A stretch of 42,288 bases of DNA from a virus: the UHGV virus genome UHGV-1358694. One strand, given 5' to 3'. How positions within the stretch are numbered: position 1 is the stretch's first letter; every line of letters begins with the position of its first letter. The notes beneath the pieces are model-generated. The model searched no databases. It had not been told where the DNA came from and was given only the letters and a program-made list of their open reading frames with translations. The position numbers and the translations under genes were made by a program. Shown piece by piece: positions 1 to 7,582 of the stretch.

Positions 1-45
1 AGCGCAGCGCCTGGGTATGACACTGCGCGGCTACTGCTACCGGTT

Positions 46-63
46 TAATGTAAGGGGTGTAGT
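46..63 (+). promoter_or_regulatory. Copy E of a recurring motif (ttaatgtaaggggtgtagt); candidate phage-RNAP promoter or translation-initiation element abutting the ATG at 64
   Basis: Matches about 15 of 20 positions of the 19-mer at 18323-18342 (TTAATGT...G.GTAG). It ends immediately before the start codon of ORF 64-270. Confidence 0.35.
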
Positions 64-270
64 ATGATTAAGTACGACGTGTTTAATACATTCGGGACAT
101 GCCGTAGAGTTCGTTTGGACTCCAGCGTATACTCCTGCGCTGAGTATTACGACAAAAACACCGGGCAGTGGAAACAATCACTTGTTCCCGCTGTTGATTT
201 AATCCTGGGGCCACATAACGTACTCGTAGCCCGCAACGTAGTGTTCGAGGACAGTGTATGCTCACAGTAG
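64..270 (+). CDS. hypothetical early protein (68 aa)
   Basis: ATG is preceded by AAGGGG 6 nt upstream. The stop overlaps the next start (ATGCTCACAGTAG). Confidence 0.5.
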   Translation: MIKYDVFNTFGTCRRVRLDSSVYSCAEYYDKNTGQWKQSLVPAVDLILGPHNVLVARNVVFEDSVCSQ

Positions 271-602
271 ACGAAACAGCGCTGCTGTGCTGGAGGCTGC
301 TGGAAACGCAGGGCAAGTGCGGCTGCACTTGGGAGACATTCAAAGAGGTTCCTAATGAACTCAAGCAAATCGTGCCAGTTGAACGTAGACTACTCCGAGT
401 TAGAAAAGAGGGGGTTGGCACTGTGCTCACAACCTACCGCGAGTATACAGAGTCTGCCGCGCGGCAGTTGCAAGAGCACATCGAATTGGATGTGGTTGCA
501 GCACTACTACGGTACGGATATCGTGGAGCCTATACAAGATTTAGGGCGGCTGTGCGCTCGTATTATAAGCAAAGACAGCTCGCTGCGTGGTATGCACGCT
601 GA
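258..602 (+). CDS. hypothetical protein (114 aa)
   Basis: The translation has a balanced, charged, protein-like composition. The start is coupled to the upstream stop. It overlaps the 5' part of track ORF 355-2322, whose first ~80 codons are Ser/Cys-rich and unconvincing. Confidence 0.45.
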   Translation: MLTVDETALLCWRLLETQGKCGCTWETFKEVPNELKQIVPVERRLLRVRKEGVGTVLTTYREYTESAARQLQEHIELDVVAALLRYGYRGAYTRFRAAVRSYYKQRQLAAWYAR

Positions 603-648
603 ACTCTTAATGCACGATGAAATACAACTAATTCAGGAGCAAACGAAA

Positions 649-2322
649 ATGCAAGAGACTAATACAGCACCTATCGAATGGAAAGTAGTGCTACCGGAAG
701 GTGCAAACGCACTGCCAATGCGGGAGTCTATGTATTCCAGCGGTGATTACTGGACCCCGTTCCAGGACTTGCAAATGCAAGGAGCTGACCGCCCTCACAC
801 CGAAGATACACTGCAGGCGCTTATGGGTCTCCGTACTGTCAGCATGATAACTCCGGGTTTAGAGGTGACTATAGGCGGGATACTGCACCCGGAGTATCAC
901 GCAGTAATGACGGTTCGAGGCCCGTTGCAAAAGGTGGACCTGTATAACAGCGGAACTTTCTACGAACTCTTTGCCCTGGCGCGAATCACTATCGACAACA
1001 AGTTCGGGGAGCGCCGCCGCGACTTCTACGAGGGCGATGATGCAGTGGTTGAGCGCGTAGTTGCTAGTGTAGAAGAGTTCACCGGTTACAAGGTGCACAA
1101 GCAGGCCGTGCAGTTATTCGAGCGCATTATGCTTGCACCAGAAAAGCAGCAGCGCTACTATTACACGGGATATGATTACGGCAGACACATCCGTGACATG
1201 CACGCCGCGGCGCTGCTCATGAAGTTGCACGGCTTCGTAGTGTCTAGATTCGCTGTGCCGCTGGGCTTTGGTTTCCGCAACGGAGAGCCTATCGTGATGC
1301 TGGGGCAGCCGCGGATGCACAAGGACTTCGCCGCAGTTACTGAGTACCGCTGCGTAGAGATGCGCGTAGGTAAGTGGCTCGCTAACTACTACGGCAATGG
1401 CGTAGACTTCCGTGATGCTATCGAAGACCTCAAGGCGATGAACGTAGACCCTACAACGTACCTGTGCAAGACCGAGCAGGAATGGTACGATGCCTATGAG
1501 AGTGGCCCGAGTAGCTGCATGAGCGGGTACTCATTTGAGCGTAGCCCTGTGCGGACGTACGCTACCACCAGCCACGGGCTGCCGGATAATGGGCTGCGCC
1601 TGTTCATCCAGTACACCGGGGAGCTGTTCGGTGATGACTTCGAAGTGCAGGCACGAGCAATCGTTAACACTGAGACTAATGAGTACGTCCGTGCTTACGG
1701 CAACGCTGCGGATGCAATCCTGCGGGGGCATGGGTACACCAGAAACACTGAGTGTCTCGAAGGTGTAATGCTGGCGCGTATACCACACCCAAGCTACACT
1801 GGTGCAGTGCTGATGCCATACCTAGATAGCAGCCAGTGCGGCGTAGATGAGTATGGGGATGATGCCTTTGTAATCCGTGATGCTTATGAGTACGAGGCAC
1901 AAGAAGTCGATGGATACATCTACGCTGGCACAGAGTCTGCCCGGTGCTGCTGCTGCGGAGAGCGCTATTCCGTCGATGCCATGCACACAACCGTCGAGGG
2001 TGATATGGCGTGCGATGGTTGTGTTGACGATGGGGATTTTGTGTACGTAGTTGGCCGGGAAGGGCTGTATAATCGCTGGAGCTGCACTTGGTCTGATTAC
2101 CACGACGCCTATGTATACGACGGTGATCTCGCGCACTGTGCTGTAGAAGGGGTAGTGCATGACCAAGCAGAACTAGTGTATGCACAGGGCCGGGAGGTGC
2201 TTATTGAGCACGCAGAAGAACACCCAGTGCACGGGTTAATTCTAACTGAGCATGCAGCCGATTGCTTGGGAGAGAAGTACCTGGGCAACGATGACGAAGA
2301 AGAAGCAGAGGAGGCAGCTTAA
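649..2322 (+). CDS. large early protein of unknown function (~558 aa; the ORF stays open from 355 and alternative ATGs lie at 592 and 610)
   Basis: Long ORF. The ATG at 649 has AGGAG 9 nt upstream and follows the stop of ORF 258-602 at 600-602. The protein has a Cys-rich segment (CCCCGERY...CDGCVDDGD) and an acidic tail (DDEEEAEEAA). No family was recognised. Confidence 0.6.
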   Translation: MQETNTAPIEWKVVLPEGANALPMRESMYSSGDYWTPFQDLQMQGADRPHTEDTLQALMGLRTVSMITPGLEVTIGGILHPEYHAVMTVRGPLQKVDLYNSGTFYELFALARITIDNKFGERRRDFYEGDDAVVERVVASVEEFTGYKVHKQAVQLFERIMLAPEKQQRYYYTGYDYGRHIRDMHAAALLMKLHGFVVSRFAVPLGFGFRNGEPIVMLGQPRMHKDFAAVTEYRCVEMRVGKWLANYYGNGVDFRDAIEDLKAMNVDPTTYLCKTEQEWYDAYESGPSSCMSGYSFERSPVRTYATTSHGLPDNGLRLFIQYTGELFGDDFEVQARAIVNTETNEYVRAYGNAADAILRGHGYTRNTECLEGVMLARIPHPSYTGAVLMPYLDSSQCGVDEYGDDAFVIRDAYEYEAQEVDGYIYAGTESARCCCCGERYSVDAMHTTVEGDMACDGCVDDGDFVYVVGREGLYNRWSCTWSDYHDAYVYDGDLAHCAVEGVVHDQAELVYAQGREVLIEHAEEHPVHGLILTEHAADCLGEKYLGNDDEEEAEEAA

Positions 2323-3377
2323 TGTTCTTGAATCCGCATGGGATTGATATGCAGCTGCTATTGCAGATACTGCGAACGCACCGGCCTAGCTGGGGTAGCA
2401 CTAAGTGGTTTGAGCCGCTGCTTATGCAGTCGCTACAGGCGCTGGGTAGTGGTATGCACTACGTAAAGGACAAGCACGGGAACTACTTCGTGCTGGTGGG
2501 GGACTCAGAGCAAAGTGACGTAGCGTTTACGTCTCATCTCGACACGGTGGCCCGCCCAACCAGCGCCGCGCCGGACGTAGGCTGCACTAACAAGGGCGTA
2601 CTGTTCGTAAAGAATCCGCAACAAGCTGACTGCTTGGGTGCGGACTGTGGTGCCGGTATCTACCTGATGCTGGAGATGCTGCGGCGGGGTGTGCATGGAC
2701 GCTACTGCTTCTTCGTTGATGAAGAGGTTGGCTGCGAGGGCAGCGCTGCATCGGTCAAGGATGATACTGGGTTTTGGACTGGAGTCAAGGCTATGATTAG
2801 CTTTGACAGGCGCGGCGACGGAATCATTACGCACCAGCGGTACATGCGCTGCTGCTCTGATACCTTTGCTAAGACCCTGGCAGAGCGCCTGGGACGCACG
2901 GAGCGGCACTTGCAGAGGGGCGTGTATACCGACTCAGCTGAGTTCGTCGGGATTATCCCAGAGTGCACCAACGTAGGCGTAGGGTACATGCACGAGCACA
3001 CTCCGGATGAGGTGCTGGACCTGAACATCCTGGGGAAAGTGCTTGAGCGGGTACTGCAAGATGGAACGTTCTCGCACCTTCCTATTGAGCGGAACCCGCA
3101 GGTAGTGGAGCCAGACCAATGGCTATCCACCCCAACGCTAAGCTTAAGGCAGCCGTGGGACATGCCGCCGGACGAGGACCCGCAATTGCTGGCCGCGTTC
3201 CGGGAAGTGTCTCAGCTTTCTAAACAACAACTGATTAGCTGGGTGCAGGAGAACCCAGCGAAGGCGGCGGAGTACATCATGGTGTTCTCCGATTACGGCT
3301 TCAAAGAAGAACTTATTGAACTGGGCACCCGAGTCGTAGAAGACTGGGGCGGATACGATAATATTGTGGAGGGTTGA
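2322..3377 (+). CDS. M28/M20-type zinc metallopeptidase-like protein (351 aa)
   Basis: The ordered metal-ligand motifs of the M28 aminopeptidase fold are present: SHLDTV (H-x-D), GADCGAG (bridging Asp), FFVDEEVGCEGS (Glu-Glu), ISFDRRGDG (Asp), MHEHTPDE (HTxxD His). The start is a TAATG overlap with the upstream stop. Confidence 0.65.
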   Translation: MFLNPHGIDMQLLLQILRTHRPSWGSTKWFEPLLMQSLQALGSGMHYVKDKHGNYFVLVGDSEQSDVAFTSHLDTVARPTSAAPDVGCTNKGVLFVKNPQQADCLGADCGAGIYLMLEMLRRGVHGRYCFFVDEEVGCEGSAASVKDDTGFWTGVKAMISFDRRGDGIITHQRYMRCCSDTFAKTLAERLGRTERHLQRGVYTDSAEFVGIIPECTNVGVGYMHEHTPDEVLDLNILGKVLERVLQDGTFSHLPIERNPQVVEPDQWLSTPTLSLRQPWDMPPDEDPQLLAAFREVSQLSKQQLISWVQENPAKAAEYIMVFSDYGFKEELIELGTRVVEDWGGYDNIVEG

Positions 3378-3379
3378 TT

Positions 3380-3814
3380 ATGTCTAAGTTTAAAGTCGGC
3401 GATAAGGTTGTACGCACAAAGGATTGTGGCAAAGATGAAAACTTTCTGTCTAAGTTAGGCTGGGACATCTACTACACTGTGACTTCTGTTCTTGGTGATC
3501 ACTGGCTGCAGGTGGATGGGTGGGTAGACGGGGCTGACAAACACCCATGGTACGCCAGTAACTTCGAACTGTACCAAGAACCGAATGACGAACTGCCACC
3601 GGTTCCGCGCAGCGTATCTTACTTAAAAGAAAATGGGCGGCGTAAGCTGGCGGCGTGCATCAATGGGAATTCAGTTAATGTACTGCTGAGCCTGCATTAT
3701 CGCGGCATTATCGACGCTGTGAGTTATAATATGGAACCAGACGCAGCCCTGCAGTTGGCCCACGACCTGCGCCGCATGGCTATGGAAATCAAACGTAAGG
3801 AGAAAGCACAATGA
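3380..3814 (+). CDS. hypothetical protein with an N-terminal KOW/SH3-like 'KFKVGDKVVR' motif (145 aa)
   Basis: The ATG has GGAGGG 6 nt upstream. The N-terminus MSKFKVGDKVVRTK is paralogous to the N-terminus of the protein at 15218. Confidence 0.6.
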   Translation: MSKFKVGDKVVRTKDCGKDENFLSKLGWDIYYTVTSVLGDHWLQVDGWVDGADKHPWYASNFELYQEPNDELPPVPRSVSYLKENGRRKLAACINGNSVNVLLSLHYRGIIDAVSYNMEPDAALQLAHDLRRMAMEIKRKEKAQ

Positions 3815-3975
3815 AAGTAAAAGCTCTACAAAATAGCCCGGAGAACTTTTTGTTTACCGACCGCACCTATACGGTCCTACTGAGTAGTGGTAGTCGGCTA
3901 ACTTTACGCGACGATAAAACCGGCATGACTACAGTGGTCAAAGAAGAGCGCGTTGTACCAGTTAAATCGGAGTAA
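3811..3975 (+). CDS. small hypothetical protein (54 aa), absent from the ORF track (<60 aa)
   Basis: AAGGAG lies 8 nt upstream of the ATG. ATGA overlap with the upstream stop. It ends 3 nt before the primase start. Confidence 0.45.
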   Translation: MKVKALQNSPENFLFTDRTYTVLLSSGSRLTLRDDKTGMTTVVKEERVVPVKSE

Positions 3976-3978
3976 TGC

Positions 3979-4764
3979 ATGGACCAGCCCTGGCTTAGAG
4001 CGTGCAAGCGCCTGGCCGTGGGGCAGAGGGCACGCTTTCGGTGCTGCGGCAGGGACGCCGCCGGGGTGCTATACAATAACCCGGATGCCTGGGAATACTA
4101 TTGCCACCGCTGCAAACAGGTGGGCAAGGAGCACAAGCAGTACCAGCGCATACAGTTACAGGAAGAGCCGAGGGTGCAGCCCTCTGCACCTGCAGATGCA
4201 ATTTGCATTAGCCAAGCGCCTGCGGAAACGCAGAGTTTTATTTACGGATTCCTGACCACAAAGGGAATCATGCCTGAAATGGTGGAGGATGCAGAATGGA
4301 GCAAAGAGAAACAGCGGATAATCTTCCGTGTCGGAAGCGCTGCTCTGGGCCGTGCAGTGCATGCCCGACAGCAACCGAAGTGGGTAATGTACGGCCAACC
4401 AATACCATTCGCTGCCGCGGCACCTGCCGTAGCACCGGATGCAGCTGCGGCCGCACCTCTAAAGGTCGTGCTCACCGAGGACTATCTATCAGCCCGGAAG
4501 ATACAGCACGCAGTTACGAGCTACAGTGCGTTGAACGTGCAGGCTATAGCTATGCTGGGTACACGCTTGCCCACGCCGCTGCGTGCCTGGCTGATTCAGA
4601 ATCGCCCGGAAGTGATTCTGATGCTGGACAATGACCCGGCGGGGCACGCCGGGGTAGCGGCGGCGCGCCGAGCATTGCGCCCGTTCATGCAGTGTCGGGA
4701 GCACTACTTCGCTGCGGACCCTAAGGACGCAGAAATCAAAGAGATTCTGGAGGCGTTACAATGA
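3979..4764 (+). CDS. DNA primase (zinc-ribbon + TOPRIM), separate from the helicase as in phiKMV-like phages
   Basis: N-terminal CxxC...CxxC (RCCGRD...CHRCKQ) zinc-binding element as in T7 gp4 primase. The C-terminal part has VVLTEDYLSARK...ILMLDNDPAGHAG (TOPRIM E...DxD). GGAG 6 nt upstream of the ATG. Confidence 0.8.
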   Translation: MDQPWLRACKRLAVGQRARFRCCGRDAAGVLYNNPDAWEYYCHRCKQVGKEHKQYQRIQLQEEPRVQPSAPADAICISQAPAETQSFIYGFLTTKGIMPEMVEDAEWSKEKQRIIFRVGSAALGRAVHARQQPKWVMYGQPIPFAAAAPAVAPDAAAAAPLKVVLTEDYLSARKIQHAVTSYSALNVQAIAMLGTRLPTPLRAWLIQNRPEVILMLDNDPAGHAGVAAARRALRPFMQCREHYFAADPKDAEIKEILEALQ

Positions 4765-4985
4765 CTGTACAAGTAATCAGCAAGGTGTGTGATTGTGGAA
4801 CGGGATACCGCTCTTGGCACGACTTGAAATGTGGACACTGTCGCAGTAAGCAAGAGGAGCGCAAGCTGGTACAGTACCACCAAGCGCTTGAGGACGCAAA
4901 GCGTCGGCTGCAGTTAGAATACTTTCGCCACTACGTCCACGACGTTAGTGCACCTTACGGCGACCTTCGAGTGGAGCTCGTATAA
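4761..4985 (+). CDS. small Cys-rich (zinc-ribbon-like) protein (74 aa)
   Basis: CDCG...CGHC motifs. ATGA overlap with the primase stop. Confidence 0.5.
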   Translation: MTVQVISKVCDCGTGYRSWHDLKCGHCRSKQEERKLVQYHQALEDAKRRLQLEYFRHYVHDVSAPYGDLRVELV

Positions 4986-5179
4986 TGAACATGGGTATAT
5001 GGGTTTTAATCATGGCGATTAATGGCAGTGCGGTTAGCGATACAGATTTCGCCGCCCTGACTACGCAAGAGTTCACAACGGAGGCCGCCTGCAACAAGGC
5101 AGCTAAAGCGTTCGAAGATAAGTTCGACACATTCCGAGTGTATACCGCCAAAGCAATCTGTGTTCCTAAGGAGGTTTGA
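4985..5179 (+). CDS. small protein with a hydrophobic N-terminus (64 aa)
   Basis: TAATG overlap with the upstream stop. MNMGIWVLIMAINGSAV is signal-peptide/TM-like. Confidence 0.45.
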   Translation: MNMGIWVLIMAINGSAVSDTDFAALTTQEFTTEAACNKAAKAFEDKFDTFRVYTAKAICVPKEV

Positions 5180-5319
5180 TGCAACCACATATCCAGCGAG
5201 AGCTAGTTAATCGGCTACTCACGGCCGCGACGCTGTATCATGGCACCCAGCAAATGCGAGCAGTAATATCCCGACTGGTGCAAGAGGCTTTGGAAGGGGG
5301 TAAGAATTGGACCTTATAG
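5179..5319 (+). CDS. small hypothetical protein (46 aa), absent from the ORF track
   Basis: Strong AAGGAGG 4 nt upstream. TGATG overlap with the upstream stop. Overlaps the helicase start by 13 nt. Confidence 0.35.
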   Translation: MQPHIQRELVNRLLTAATLYHGTQQMRAVISRLVQEALEGGKNWTL

Positions 5320-6587
5320 TAGTTAAAGCGATGTGCACGCAGAAGGTGTGGAACCGACTGCGTGCACAGATACCCAAGTCCATGCTCGCGCCGGATACAT
5401 CTAACCTACTAGACTGGGTGGGGCTGTACTGGAACACGTACCCGGAGCACCATGAGGTGCAGTGGGACGCGATGCAGAGCATGCTCAATCTCCGGGCGGG
5501 GCACCTATCCAGGGAAGAGCGGGTAATCATGGACGAGCTTATGCGGGGAGTACAAGCCGTACCGCAGGATTCTGTGGTGGGTATTGTCCAGACCCTGAAT
5601 GAGCTGGCCTACAGCGGGGAGGTAGCAGCGCTGACACAGCGCTACCAAGACGGCGAGGAGATTGATTACCTGCTGGAGATGAAGCACCTGCAGCGCAAGT
5701 ACGGCGACGGCGCTGCAGTGCACGAGTCGCTGCTTGAATGGGAGAGCGGTAGTGTTGACGAAATACTTGCCGCGACTGACGAGAGCGGTGGTCTTAAACT
5801 GGGCGTGTTCGAGCAGCTCGCTAGCAACATCCGAGGTCTACGCGGCGGGGACTGCATCGCAGTGGCCGCCCCTGTGGACTCTGGTAAAACTAGTCTGCTT
5901 GCTGCTATTGCTGTGGACTTTGCTGAGCAGATGCAGCAGCAGCCGGAAGTATACGGGGACCGCCCGATTCTCTGGCTGGTTAACGAGGGTCCGGCGACGC
6001 GTACAGTGCCGAGGGTATATCAAGCGGCGCTGCACTGGACTCTGGCTGAGATTAAGGACCGGCACAGTAAGCAAGAGTTCGTGCCAGCCTACCTCAAGAA
6101 AGTAGGCAGGGCTGACCGGATTCGTGTTAAGGCTGCGCACTCCTTGACGATGGCCCAGATATCCACGCTCATGGAGGAGATGCGCCCCGCGGTAATCATC
6201 ATCGACATGGTGGCGAACATCCGCGGCGGCACTATGGAGACCGAGCACCAGAACCTCGAAGCGAAATGGCAGGAGCTGCGCATACTTGGGTGCGAGAACG
6301 ACTGCGCTATTGTAGGCACTATGCAGCTTTCACTCGAAGGTTACAACATGTTGTTCCCGCCGCTCACCGCTATGAAGCAGAGCAAAATTGGTGTACAGGG
6401 TGCCTTGGACTTAGCTATTATGATGGGGTGTTTGGACAGAAACGAGCAGCCGCACATGCAAAACGTCCGCGGTATCAGTACTCCGAAGAACAAGATGGCA
6501 CTGTCTGGTAAAGAATCGCTCCTGCAATTCGAGGTAGGATTCGAGCCTGGACGTTGCCGCTTTGACGAAGGCCAGATTAACCGGTGA
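5307..6587 (+). CDS. DnaB/T7 gp4-type replicative DNA helicase (426 aa)
   Basis: Walker A AAPVDSGKTSLLAAIAV and Walker B-like VIIIDMV. The proposed TTG start has GGAAGGGGG 6 nt upstream. An internal ATG at 5331 is an alternative start. Confidence 0.85.
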   Translation: MDLIVVKAMCTQKVWNRLRAQIPKSMLAPDTSNLLDWVGLYWNTYPEHHEVQWDAMQSMLNLRAGHLSREERVIMDELMRGVQAVPQDSVVGIVQTLNELAYSGEVAALTQRYQDGEEIDYLLEMKHLQRKYGDGAAVHESLLEWESGSVDEILAATDESGGLKLGVFEQLASNIRGLRGGDCIAVAAPVDSGKTSLLAAIAVDFAEQMQQQPEVYGDRPILWLVNEGPATRTVPRVYQAALHWTLAEIKDRHSKQEFVPAYLKKVGRADRIRVKAAHSLTMAQISTLMEEMRPAVIIIDMVANIRGGTMETEHQNLEAKWQELRILGCENDCAIVGTMQLSLEGYNMLFPPLTAMKQSKIGVQGALDLAIMMGCLDRNEQPHMQNVRGISTPKNKMALSGKESLLQFEVGFEPGRCRFDEGQINR

Positions 6588-6637
6588 CTTCCCTAGCGCC
6601 TTCTACGAGGGCGCTATGTAGGTACACAGGAGGACTT

Positions 6638-6862
6638 ATGCAAGTAGACTACACAGGGGTTATCCAAAAAGTGGATTACACAGGAATTAGACGCGGCAGT
6701 TATGTGGTGCGCCACCGCATTACTGGAGAGTTCTGTACTGTGGAACTCGGAGCACGCTACAATCAGAGGGAGTGGGAGATTGTGGGATCAATATTGCTAC
6801 TGGGAGATTTACTTATATGCTTAAACCAGAAGATATCACAACGGACGACGCCAAGGTTATAG
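6638..6862 (+). CDS. hypothetical protein (74 aa)
   Basis: The ATG has AGGAGG 4-5 nt upstream. The track ORF starting at the GTG at 6584 is less likely. It overlaps the next candidate gene. Confidence 0.4.
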   Translation: MQVDYTGVIQKVDYTGIRRGSYVVRHRITGEFCTVELGARYNQREWEIVGSILLLGDLLICLNQKISQRTTPRL

Positions 6863-6972
6863 TGGCGTATGCTGCATCTGCAGGTACACCACTTAAAAGC
6901 TTCACGCTGGACAGCAGCCAGCTGATTGTGCATCTGGCTATCAATAAGGCTCGGAGGGCTGAGTGGAAATGA
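6817..6972 (+). CDS. hypothetical protein (51 aa; alternative GTG start at 6772)
   Basis: GGGAG 10 nt upstream of the ATG. Overlaps ORF 6638-6862 in another frame, so one of the two may be spurious. Confidence 0.35.
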   Translation: MLKPEDITTDDAKVIVAYAASAGTPLKSFTLDSSQLIVHLAINKARRAEWK

Positions 6973-7118
6973 GTATAAAAACCAAGTACAGGCCAAGTGG
7001 TCATGTGGACTTGCGCAGGCTTCGACGCTGTGCCCGCAGATTGCAGGGCGCTTGCCGGGACATAGGCATTGGCCGGGAGCGCTGGATCTATAAAGCAACC
7101 AGGAGATTCGGAAAGTGA
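6969..7118 (+). CDS. small basic protein (49 aa)
   Basis: ATGA overlap with the upstream stop. GGAGGG upstream. Rich in Arg/Lys. Confidence 0.4.
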   Translation: MSIKTKYRPSGHVDLRRLRRCARRLQGACRDIGIGRERWIYKATRRFGK

Positions 7119-7129
7119 CAACCAGTATA

Positions 7130-7582
7130 ATGCACATCGACCTGGAGATGGGCGGATGTGTAGACCATGGTAGAGTCAGAAGTCTGACCAAGTAAGGGTA
7201 TGCATTAGTAAAACACCCATATAAAAAGAGCAGGTGTGTCGCTTTACACAGACTGGTTCTGGCAAAGAAGTTGCGGTTATCCCTCGACTGCTTGAGCGGC
7301 GTGGTGGTGCGGCATACGTGCGATAACACTAGGTGCATAAATCCGGACCACTTAATCTCCGGTACCCGCGCAGATAATAACAGGGACAGAGCAGAACGCA
7401 ATCGCAGTGCCAAGTGTGTGCCGAGTAGACAGCGCCTGTCATTAGAGGATTGTAAGGAAATACAGAGTCGCCATAAACCCAGAGTTTGTGGAGGCACGCA
7501 CCTTGCCAAAGAGTATGGGGTAGACTCCAAGGTGATATATAGAGTTCTTAGAGGAGAGTATCCTTGTCAACTACCAGTATAA
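7130..7582 (+). pseudogene. HNH homing endonuclease interrupted by an in-frame TAA at 7193-7195; the first six codons (MHIDLE) duplicate the DNA polymerase start
   Basis: Same-frame reading gives MHIDLEMGGCVDHGRVRSLTK*GYALVKHPYKKSRCVALHRLVLAKKL...VVVRHTCDNTRCINPDHL. This is collinear with the intact paralogue at 14368 (CIDHG..GYA..HRVV..CNNPRCINPEHL). The first usable start after the TAA (TTG at 7271) would truncate the conserved HRLV N-terminus of the domain. Confidence 0.65.

Noticed and set aside
355-648. 5' extension of the large early ORF back to the ATG at 355 (as in the track)
   Set aside because: Its first ~80 codons are Ser/Cys-rich and un-protein-like, and they overlap the better-looking coupled ORF 258-602. 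An ATG at 649 with AGGAG at 9 nt is the more likely start. The shorter start cannot be proven.
6763-7530. 255-aa ORF on the minus strand overlapping the small-gene cluster and the HNH pseudogene
   Set aside because: Entirely antisense to + strand genes with RBSs. Its translation is Ser/Leu/Arg/Cys-rich and low in complexity. No other minus-strand gene in the genome is credible, so strand polarity is uniform.
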